Virus record (IMG/VR): IMGVR_UViG_3300033153_007973
Coordinates: 124,001-188,000 of that record
DNA: 64,000 nucleotides
Reading direction: 5' to 3' (one strand)
Shown here piece by piece: positions 52,768 through 60,372 of the stretch (the first letter of the stretch is position 1; each line of letters starts with the position of its first letter). The notes under the pieces are model-generated. The model did no database searches. It was not told the DNA's origin and worked only from the letters and a program-made list of their open reading frames with translations. A program made the translations under genes and the position numbers.

Positions 52768-53650
52768 CGACCGGTATACATACAACAACTACGGCACAAA
52801 GCGCTCGATATTTGAAGAAGTTAAAAGCAGAGGAATAGATATAATCTGGATAGACACGTCACAAATGAACAAGATACTTCAGCTCATTAAGGAACACTCT
52901 CCAACAATGATATGGCTAGCCAGTTCAGCGCTGTTGCTCAGTCCTGCAGTGAAAGCAAAGATAAAGATACCCATTGTTGGATTTGGTTTCTCGGATCCCT
53001 ATTACTTCAAACCAGATCGGTTTAAGAGTTATGATCTATATGTCACCAACCATATAGGTACCTATGAGAAGTACAAGACTACCATTCCTATGCATTATAA
53101 CCAGACAGCATGTGATTTCAGGTATCATAAGGTAATGGATACACCCAAGAATATAGATGTATCAGTCATCGGACTGGGTACCCATCCATGGTTTCACGAC
53201 AAGCAAACAAGGATCAAATTCGTTAACAAATTACGATCAGAGACATCCTATAGAATACTAGCATTTGGTGCCCAATGGAATTCTCATCCCGAGAACCATG
53301 GATTTATTACTGGAGAGAAGTTTCTGCGCATTATCGGTAAGAGCCAGATAGGACTGGATGTGCAAGACGACTGGAGCCCACTGGCGCACCGCATGTTCGA
53401 GTATGCAGCATGTGGGGTACCTGTTATCACCAGAGCACGACCAGAAATTGCTATGGTGTTCAATGACAAGGAAATTATTACATATACCACATACAGCGAC
53501 ATCTTGTCCAAGTTAAACCACTATATGAAACATCCAGAGCAGCTAGCAGAGATTGGCAAGAGGGCACACGAACGATGTAAGAGACAACACAATATCAATT
53601 TCAGGGTGGACGGGATACTACAGTTTGTCAAGAAACACGAAGGAGACTAG
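52748..53650 (+). CDS. CgeB-like glycosyltransferase (GT-B)
   Basis: DVSVIG, SQIGLDV...HRMFEYAACG.PVIT, IGKRAHER...H....RV. Confidence 0.85.
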   Translation: MKILYFSDRYTYNNYGTKRSIFEEVKSRGIDIIWIDTSQMNKILQLIKEHSPTMIWLASSALLLSPAVKAKIKIPIVGFGFSDPYYFKPDRFKSYDLYVTNHIGTYEKYKTTIPMHYNQTACDFRYHKVMDTPKNIDVSVIGLGTHPWFHDKQTRIKFVNKLRSETSYRILAFGAQWNSHPENHGFITGEKFLRIIGKSQIGLDVQDDWSPLAHRMFEYAACGVPVITRARPEIAMVFNDKEIITYTTYSDILSKLNHYMKHPEQLAEIGKRAHERCKRQHNINFRVDGILQFVKKHEGD

Positions 53651-54205
53651 GTGCATATCCCTGAAGTATCTAAAGTAATCCATAATGCTGTCGCTTCATA
53701 TGTCAAGAAATATGATCCTTCTACTGTGTTGGATATTGGAGGATTCAGAAGACTGCAACAGTTTCTGACAGCCAAAGTAACTGATGCTAATATCAATAAT
53801 GGAATCGATGGCACGAACCTCCCATATAAAGATAACAGCTTCGATGTCACGACATCGATTGCTACGTTAGAACATGTGAACAACCAAGCGAAATTCATGT
53901 CGGAATCAATCAGAACAGCAAGGATTGCTTCCGTACACTGGTTCCCATTTGGACCTGATGGTCAACGGATAGAAGATCTTCTTAAAGGATATAATCATAA
54001 ACATGACTGTGTCGTTCCAAGTCTATCTATCTTCCTGGATCTCTTCAATCGATATGATTTCAGTGTCCATATGTATCCTAAATACAAAGACCACCTCAAG
54101 AATATGGCACACATAAAACCACAGATTATGAATAGCGATACTATGAGGTTCATTGAGAGATTTAGTTCGAGATCATATGGAATCATACTGGAGATAATCA
54201 AATGA
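53651..54205 (+). CDS. Type 11-like SAM-dependent methyltransferase
   Basis: VLDIGG, DGTNLPYKDNSFDV, ATLEHV. Confidence 0.75.
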   Translation: MHIPEVSKVIHNAVASYVKKYDPSTVLDIGGFRRLQQFLTAKVTDANINNGIDGTNLPYKDNSFDVTTSIATLEHVNNQAKFMSESIRTARIASVHWFPFGPDGQRIEDLLKGYNHKHDCVVPSLSIFLDLFNRYDFSVHMYPKYKDHLKNMAHIKPQIMNSDTMRFIERFSSRSYGIILEIIK

Positions 54206-54930
54206 AGATAAAGCTCTCCGGATATATGATCAGTTATAATGAGAAACCCATTATAAAGTTATCCATCATGAACTTACTACAGTTCGTTGATGAGTTAATC
54301 ATTACCGATGGAGAGAGTACCGACGGCACAGCAGAGCTTCTAGATAGAATGGCTAATAGATTTAGTAAGATCAAACTATATCCAATGCGACAGAGATATG
54401 GCAGAAAGAGAACTGTATCTGGTCGTGAAAGAACTGCCGATGGCTTTAATGAAATGGAACGTAGAACATATGCTATATCTAAGTGTTCGGGCACGCATAT
54501 ATTAATGAAAGATGTAGATGAATTGTATCACGAACACACGGATTTCCACAATCTGATAGAGAAGAATCCTGCATTTCTATCCTTTAGTCAGCTACAATAT
54601 GAAGTAGTGCCAGGAAATAAGTTCTTGCCTCATATACGAATCAATGGCCATCATAGTGTACCAAGACTTATTAAAAACACTCCAGATATAGTCTTCAAAG
54701 ATATACGTAACCTGAATGGAATTGATTGTTGTCTCTTTAGTAACAAGTATAACAAACGACTGGCAGATATCAAGGACATGGTTGGTGCATATAGTATGTG
54801 GCACTACAAAATGATGTTTGATAAGAAACAGCTATACAAGCACTACAAGAGCAAGGATCGGGCAACAAAGCCATTGTTAACATTTCCATCAGAACATAAT
54901 AAATTCATTGACATGGGCAGCTTAACGTGA
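54202..54930 (+). CDS. Glycosyltransferase family 2-like
   Basis: ISYNEK, VDELIITDGESTDGT, DxD motif KDVDE, MWHY. Confidence 0.85.
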   Translation: MKIKLSGYMISYNEKPIIKLSIMNLLQFVDELIITDGESTDGTAELLDRMANRFSKIKLYPMRQRYGRKRTVSGRERTADGFNEMERRTYAISKCSGTHILMKDVDELYHEHTDFHNLIEKNPAFLSFSQLQYEVVPGNKFLPHIRINGHHSVPRLIKNTPDIVFKDIRNLNGIDCCLFSNKYNKRLADIKDMVGAYSMWHYKMMFDKKQLYKHYKSKDRATKPLLTFPSEHNKFIDMGSLT

Positions 54931-55061
54931 TATTAGGGATAGTCATTGCATTCTGTGTTGGGCTGCTCGCTGGATGGGTACTGAGATTCTTTTGGATCAG
55001 GTGGCACTACAACAACTGTCGATTTGCACCTATAAGAAGTCTATTTGGAACAGAAGATTAA
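54927..55061 (+). CDS. Small single-pass membrane protein (not in ORF track)
   Basis: The GTG overlaps the upstream TGA (GTGA). Translates MILGIVIAFCVGLLAGWVLRFFWIRWHYNNCRFAPIRSLFGTED; its TAA overlaps the next RBS. Confidence 0.6.
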   Translation: MILGIVIAFCVGLLAGWVLRFFWIRWHYNNCRFAPIRSLFGTED

Positions 55062-55072
55062 AGGAGAATAAT

Positions 55073-55864
55073 ATGAAGATTGTTGCATGCTGGATTTGTT
55101 ACAACAACATTGTGACACTGCCCTACAGTATAGATGCTGTCTATGACCTAATAGATGAGCTAGTCATAGTAGATGGATCCTTTAAAGGAAAGAGGAGCAC
55201 TGATGGTACCTGGGAGTATCTACAGAAACTGAAGGCATCTTCCAAGAAGCCACTGCACATAGTGGCTTCTCAGATGGGGTCTCTCTTCAATAAGCACAAT
55301 GAACATGTGGATGTAACTGGTAACCATGACTCCAACTTATGGACATGGCAGATAGACTCGGATGAGATATATTCTGAGGCTAATGCGAAGGCAGTCAGTG
55401 AAGCTATTCGATCTGATAAATACAATGGCATCATTGTAAAGCTAATGAACATCGAACGATTTATAGATGGAAAGTTCTTCATAGCAAACAATCTTGATAG
55501 GATAGACACCAACCAAATGCGTGTATATCGCATGCATAAAGGTTTGAACTTCAAGACAAAAGACTCGATCTTTGAATGGATAGTATACGAGGATGGATCC
55601 GAGGTACAACGTGGTAACAATAAGATACATGCAAATAGTAAGACTCTAAGAGTGGACCACTATCACTGCCTCGCTACCGTGGAACAGGCGATTGCACGAT
55701 ATAACCACTATGGGAGCAATGATCCAGTTGGAACAGAAGCTAGGATCAGAAGCCCAGGAAACAGCACCGAAGAGATCAAAATGCATGCTCTTGCAACCAA
55801 ATGGTTGCCCGATACCATGACAAATAAAGAATACTATAAGGCTCTCAAGCCTTTCAAAGGATAA
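55073..55864 (+). CDS. Glycosyltransferase family 2-like
   Basis: IVACWICYNN, IDELVIVDGSF...STDGT, WQIDSDE. Start moved to ATG 55073 after AAGGAG. Confidence 0.85.
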   Translation: MKIVACWICYNNIVTLPYSIDAVYDLIDELVIVDGSFKGKRSTDGTWEYLQKLKASSKKPLHIVASQMGSLFNKHNEHVDVTGNHDSNLWTWQIDSDEIYSEANAKAVSEAIRSDKYNGIIVKLMNIERFIDGKFFIANNLDRIDTNQMRVYRMHKGLNFKTKDSIFEWIVYEDGSEVQRGNNKIHANSKTLRVDHYHCLATVEQAIARYNHYGSNDPVGTEARIRSPGNSTEEIKMHALATKWLPDTMTNKEYYKALKPFKG

Positions 55865-55867
55865 GCA

Positions 55868-56167
55868 ATGAAGAATACACTAGTGCCGTATTGGACTAAC
55901 GTAGACATGCAGGAACCTCACATAGCATTTGTGAGTAATTGGGAGCCATTTCCTACAGATGATATTGAGATCATCAACCAAAAACGTAAAGAAAATCCTG
56001 GGACGCCCATTTTGATCCTTATTAGGGACACTCGGATCAGAAAGGAAAATGTGCTTAAGAGAGCCGAGCCGATCATACAATGGATGAAGGATAAGGACAT
56101 CAAGGGATCAGTTATGATCATACCAGATGTCTGTGAGGTCCATGACTTAGATGAGGAGAGTATATGA
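55868..56167 (+). CDS. Degenerate cytidylyltransferase-like small protein
   Basis: AFVSNWEPF...ILILIRDT...IIPDV echoes the phage HxGH nucleotidyltransferase pattern (GRWQPxHxGH...IRD...IPD), but HxGH is absent. Confidence 0.4.
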   Translation: MKNTLVPYWTNVDMQEPHIAFVSNWEPFPTDDIEIINQKRKENPGTPILILIRDTRIRKENVLKRAEPIIQWMKDKDIKGSVMIIPDVCEVHDLDEESI

Positions 56168-57126
56168 TGAATCTGCACCTAGTTCCAACTCTTAAGAAGA
56201 AGTGCGGAATAGCCGAGTTTGCCAAAGGACTGAACTCTTATCTTAACATGGAGATAAATGATTCAGTCATTATTTCTCCAGATGTTATCTTACTAGAACA
56301 TGAGTACGCATATGATGGTGATTGTTGGGAACAAATAGAAGTGCTGCGTCCTAAAACCTTTATTTACATGCACTCTGTAAATCTTACCAATCCGAACAAC
56401 CAGATCACTCACAGAAAGATCAACGAGTTATGTGAGGGTGTGTTTGTCTCCACTGAGATCATGAAATCAAAACTCGCTCAGGTTATTACTATTCCTATCT
56501 ATGTAATACAGCACTACTCTGAACCTATCACAGACTCTCCAGACGAGACAAAAGCAGAGAACATTTTCACTATTGGGATGCATGGCTTTGCTGTCCCCAG
56601 AACATGTCTTATCAGAGGCATCATGGAGCTGGGATATAATCTAGATATGCATCTTCATATCGTAAGCACTATTAATGACGTAACTCTGAAACACTTCCAG
56701 ATCTCTAAATCATATCTGGATAGGTGCAGGAGTGTTTGCCGGCGTCAGGGTTTCGAAGATAGAGTTACATTCGATTTTAATTATTACAAAGACAAATCCG
56801 ACATCATTAAAGCACTGAACAAGAAGTGTGACATGATCCTTCTCGTTCAGGCTGATGGTGGTGATACGTACAATGCAAGCGGCACTGCCCGCGTTGCATT
56901 AGCAAGCGGGCGGCCTGTTGTGGTGCCAAGCTATCCTCAATTTGATGGTCTTCCAGAAGGTGTTGTCTATCGTATGAAGGACAACTATAGAGACAGCATC
57001 AGAGAGGTCATAGAAGACCCTCAGAAGGTAATTAACTCAATTGACATACGAAAGGTTATAGAGTATACTGAAGAGACCAGCCCGGCCAACACCGCGGCAA
57101 AGATCAAGGAAATCATGGGGATATAA
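56164..57126 (+). CDS. Glycosyltransferase family 4-like (GT-B)
   Basis: KCGIAEF, LEHEY, IGMHGF, NASGTARVALASGRPVVV; paralogous to the second domain of 60095..62836. Confidence 0.8.
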   Translation: MMNLHLVPTLKKKCGIAEFAKGLNSYLNMEINDSVIISPDVILLEHEYAYDGDCWEQIEVLRPKTFIYMHSVNLTNPNNQITHRKINELCEGVFVSTEIMKSKLAQVITIPIYVIQHYSEPITDSPDETKAENIFTIGMHGFAVPRTCLIRGIMELGYNLDMHLHIVSTINDVTLKHFQISKSYLDRCRSVCRRQGFEDRVTFDFNYYKDKSDIIKALNKKCDMILLVQADGGDTYNASGTARVALASGRPVVVPSYPQFDGLPEGVVYRMKDNYRDSIREVIEDPQKVINSIDIRKVIEYTEETSPANTAAKIKEIMGI

Positions 57127-59072
57127 TGGCAATATCAACAATACGGGACTCATATCATCATCTCTTTAGTATCAAATCACTAAATCCTCGTAATGGAATA
57201 TATCTGAATGGCTCTCTATTCGGCATACCAACTTGGGCAAACTCTGAAATCGATCCAGGAGTGGTGAATGCTGAATATAGAAAACTGAAACCGAAGTCTG
57301 CTTCAGAAGCAGGAGAAACCACAGATAAAAACTCAACCGCGGGCAACTGGGTGCTAACAAACCTAGATAAACTAACTGGTACAGAAGCAGACAAATACGA
57401 TTGGGTATTTAAGTATGCAACACTAGCTCTATTTAAGAACCACTTTCATTCTGAGAACCCGGATAATTTTAGTATGTCGGTTGGTGGTGGAAGCTCCATT
57501 GGTTCTGAACGGGAAATTCCAGACTGGAGATTTATTAAAGCATTCTTTGCTACCAGATCGTTACTAGATATGACGAAAGCATCTCGCGTTCCCTCAATCT
57601 CTACTATAAGTTCTAGATTTGGTATTTGTCAGCTCAGTTTCGATGATTTCTTTAATGGCCTTAGTATTTTAATTGATAGATATAACAAAAGGTTCTTTTC
57701 TGAAAATAGTAATAGTAGATTTGCACCTTATCTATATAGGCCAGGAGATAGCAGAAGACTAACCCTCGGAATAACAGGTAATCCTCTATTGTTCGAGATC
57801 AAAGGATTTGTTGCAAGAGCAATTGATTCTCAGAGTCCGCATTTATCATTTGGCCCACAATTCACTTATGGAGATTCAACATATCAATCAGCTAGAGAAC
57901 ATCTAATAAAGAGTCAGGTTACACGATGGGAAGACATATATAACAATGCAGTGAGTGATAGTACTACTTCGGATCCACCAGGACTAGGATTAGATAAGAA
58001 TGATTCAAACGAGAAAGAAGAAGCTATAGCTATAGCAAATGAAGCAAGCACACCAACAGTTGCAAATGCGTTTCTGGAGAAAGTTATACTTACTCAGCTT
58101 TCACAATTTGATCAAATCATGATTTCAGTAGCAGCACTAAAATATTACTATACGAAGTGCAACTCAGGAAATAATGATTTAAAAATGGTTCAAGCAATGG
58201 CAGCAATGACTGCGCCAGATCGCGTTGATATGTTTAGAAATTGTCTCAATGTAAACTCTATCAATGAATTTCTGCAAGCTCTTAATATATTTGATTCGCA
58301 TGTATTCGTATCAGCTGATCGTATACCAGGTAAGACAGTTGATTTCGGAGTAAGTGGTAGTAGCCGCAAACATATATTTAGTAGTGAACATTTCACTAAG
58401 AATAATCACCAACTCCATCTACGATTTGCTAAAGCAAACGAAGATGTATCTATTCTAGAGAATGATGTATCCACAAGATACGGATCAAGTGGTAATGCAA
58501 TTCTACAAAAGACAGGAGATAGACCCACAGTTCCTACTGTTCCTTCATTAAGTGAAGCCGATGATGGCGTTGAAACGCCTCATCGACGGCTCTATAAGAT
58601 TGATGATGAATACTATTATCTAGATGAGAAATTCCGAGAGTGTCTTGAGACATTACTTAAGACCATTACTCTCACAGATTATTACTCACAACATAAGAGG
58701 TCAACAACAAATCCAGCAGCAGCTGGTGTCACAATAGAAATAGGACAAAGAGGACACACACCAAGTGTCATGAATGTAACAGGTGTAACAGCTTTGCATA
58801 CATTCATGACAGAAGCTGAAGGTAACGGCCCTAACCAACCCTTAACTCGACAGCAGGTACAAACCGCTGTAGCCGGTGCAGCTGCTACTATAACAGGAGT
58901 AGCTGTTGATACAGTAACGGATGCACCAAAAGCAATAGCTAATACAACAAGAGAGACAATTCATGTTGAAAGTAAAGGAAGAAATTGGTTTCGTGTTTGG
59001 TGGTTTAACTGGTTTGGCAATCTAATATTTAAATCTAATGTGAGTTCAAAACCGAGAATCCGATGCGTCTAA
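57126..59072 (+). CDS. Large hypothetical protein, possible degenerate lytic transglycosylase-like fold
   Basis: 648-aa ORF. PDWRFIKAFFATRS...FGICQL...QIMISVAALKYY...AMAAM resembles SLT motifs but lacks the catalytic Glu. Confidence 0.45.
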   Translation: MAISTIRDSYHHLFSIKSLNPRNGIYLNGSLFGIPTWANSEIDPGVVNAEYRKLKPKSASEAGETTDKNSTAGNWVLTNLDKLTGTEADKYDWVFKYATLALFKNHFHSENPDNFSMSVGGGSSIGSEREIPDWRFIKAFFATRSLLDMTKASRVPSISTISSRFGICQLSFDDFFNGLSILIDRYNKRFFSENSNSRFAPYLYRPGDSRRLTLGITGNPLLFEIKGFVARAIDSQSPHLSFGPQFTYGDSTYQSAREHLIKSQVTRWEDIYNNAVSDSTTSDPPGLGLDKNDSNEKEEAIAIANEASTPTVANAFLEKVILTQLSQFDQIMISVAALKYYYTKCNSGNNDLKMVQAMAAMTAPDRVDMFRNCLNVNSINEFLQALNIFDSHVFVSADRIPGKTVDFGVSGSSRKHIFSSEHFTKNNHQLHLRFAKANEDVSILENDVSTRYGSSGNAILQKTGDRPTVPTVPSLSEADDGVETPHRRLYKIDDEYYYLDEKFRECLETLLKTITLTDYYSQHKRSTTNPAAAGVTIEIGQRGHTPSVMNVTGVTALHTFMTEAEGNGPNQPLTRQQVQTAVAGAAATITGVAVDTVTDAPKAIANTTRETIHVESKGRNWFRVWWFNWFGNLIFKSNVSSKPRIRCV

Positions 59073-59856
59073 GTCCTGCAGCATCTAAGTCCTTATATCC
59101 TAATAGCTTTCCGAATCCCACATAGCCAGAGTCTTTAACATTTCCAACATCCTTAAGATAATAATACATATTCTGGATGGTACTATTTGGCGCCTGTTCC
59201 ATAGAAACAAGGCGCTTAATAAGATCTAATCTGGTTAGTGCTTTCTTCTTATTATCTATATAATCATCGTTAAGCTCTATAACAGGATGAATAGATGAGC
59301 GAAGGTGTCTCTTATATGTCTTATGTATCTTAAGTAATGCTTTTGATGTATACAAAGGAAGCATCCTGAGGAAGTAAGGAAGATACTCTGTATATATTTT
59401 TGTTTTGTTAACTGGTCGAAAGCGTTGAGGCATAACATAGAATGAATCATACCAAAGATCTGACCACAAGGTATCCCACCCATAGATACTTAAGGGCTTA
59501 TGGAACATCTGTCGGAAGGCATCTTGTGCTGCGATGATAGGATAAGTCTTTGTACAGAGTCGCACCACCGTCCAGCATAGCTTCTCATGACGATGGATAT
59601 ACTCATGAAACCCACACCTCTTCGCGATACTACTACTTAGAACAAGATACCTACTCGACTTAAGGAAGTCGAGTAGGTACATGATCGCTGGTGCTACGTG
59701 GTTAATGTCTACTGTGTACGTAAGACTACGATTTCTTGTCTGGTGCCGGATCGTTATATTTCCGTTGGAACCAGTCTGGTACGACTTCTTTGCCATTCTC
59801 TCTATGCCACCTCCAGTTCTTGCCCTTCCAGAACTGTTCGAAAAGTCCAGCCGCAT
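59035..59856 (-). CDS. Hypothetical basic protein (start uncertain; ATGs at 59796 and 59682 are alternatives)
   Basis: Long ORF in the minus-strand operon; its 3' end overlaps the convergent gene by 38 nt. Confidence 0.55.
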   Translation of the reverse strand: MRLDFSNSSGRARTGGGIERMAKKSYQTGSNGNITIRHQTRNRSLTYTVDINHVAPAIMYLLDFLKSSRYLVLSSSIAKRCGFHEYIHRHEKLCWTVVRLCTKTYPIIAAQDAFRQMFHKPLSIYGWDTLWSDLWYDSFYVMPQRFRPVNKTKIYTEYLPYFLRMLPLYTSKALLKIHKTYKRHLRSSIHPVIELNDDYIDNKKKALTRLDLIKRLVSMEQAPNSTIQNMYYYLKDVGNVKDSGYVGFGKLLGYKDLDAAGLRRIGFSVLNSH

Positions 59857-60082
59857 TAAAGAATGCGCTGACCTTCTTCCAGGTTTCTTCGTCTTGTATC
59901 TCTCGGAAGACCCCTGTAAACTTTTCCCTACTTGGCGAGAGTGATACTTCTTCTACGAAGTTCTTCTGACTATTGATGTCGACCATAGCCACATAATAGA
60001 TGCTGGAATCGATTGCCATCCCAATACTATATAGTGACTTAGACTTTGGAATCTTTTTCACATCTGTATTGATCAGTTTCAT
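59726..60082 (-). CDS. Hypothetical protein
   Basis: 118-aa ORF starting immediately after the stop of 60085..60372. Confidence 0.6.
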   Translation of the reverse strand: MKLINTDVKKIPKSKSLYSIGMAIDSSIYYVAMVDINSQKNFVEEVSLSPSREKFTGVFREIQDEETWKKVSAFFNAAGLFEQFWKGKNWRWHRENGKEVVPDWFQRKYNDPAPDKKS

Positions 60083-60084
60083 TG

Positions 60085-60372
60085 TTATTTAGCTTTATCT
60101 CCCTGGCTGTCTAGGAGGCTGCTCCCCTCCACCATAGGCACGCTGACGTCTCCTTTCATGATTATTGTTGTTACCAGCTGTCTGCTGATGAGCACTGTTG
60201 CCATGAATCCCATTGCTGAGTCGCTCGGATCTGGGATTTTGGTCTCCACTACCATGTCCTTCGCATCGAAGTCCAGGAGTTTCCCCTCCATTCCTGCTGC
60301 TCTCCCGCCCATCATTGGAAGTTCCAGCGATACTATCTTGCCCTTGAATCTTTCCATTACATCGTTGCTCAT
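60085..60372 (-). CDS. Sm/LSm (Hfq-like) fold small protein
   Basis: AGGAGG RBS then ATG 60372. MERFKGKIVSLEL...GMEGKLLDFDAKDMVV...TVLISRQLVTTI fits Sm1/Sm2 spacing. Confidence 0.5.
   Translation of the reverse strand: MSNDVMERFKGKIVSLELPMMGGRAAGMEGKLLDFDAKDMVVETKIPDPSDSAMGFMATVLISRQLVTTIIMKGDVSVPMVEGSSLLDSQGDKAK

Noticed and set aside
47045-57126. Bacterial capsule/O-antigen locus (host DNA or chimeric assembly)
   Set aside because: It lacks wzx, wzy, wzz, initiating transferase and NDP-sugar genes, shows no obvious compositional break from the flanking phage genes, and is bracketed by phage tail and RuvC genes.
1397-58396. Many short minus-strand and alternate-frame ORFs in the track
   Set aside because: They are shadows of long coupled plus-strand genes, with no RBS or recognisable motifs.
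59035-59072. Intrinsic terminator at the convergence point
   Set aside because: The convergent genes overlap by 38 nt and no GC-rich hairpin with a U-tract is visible.
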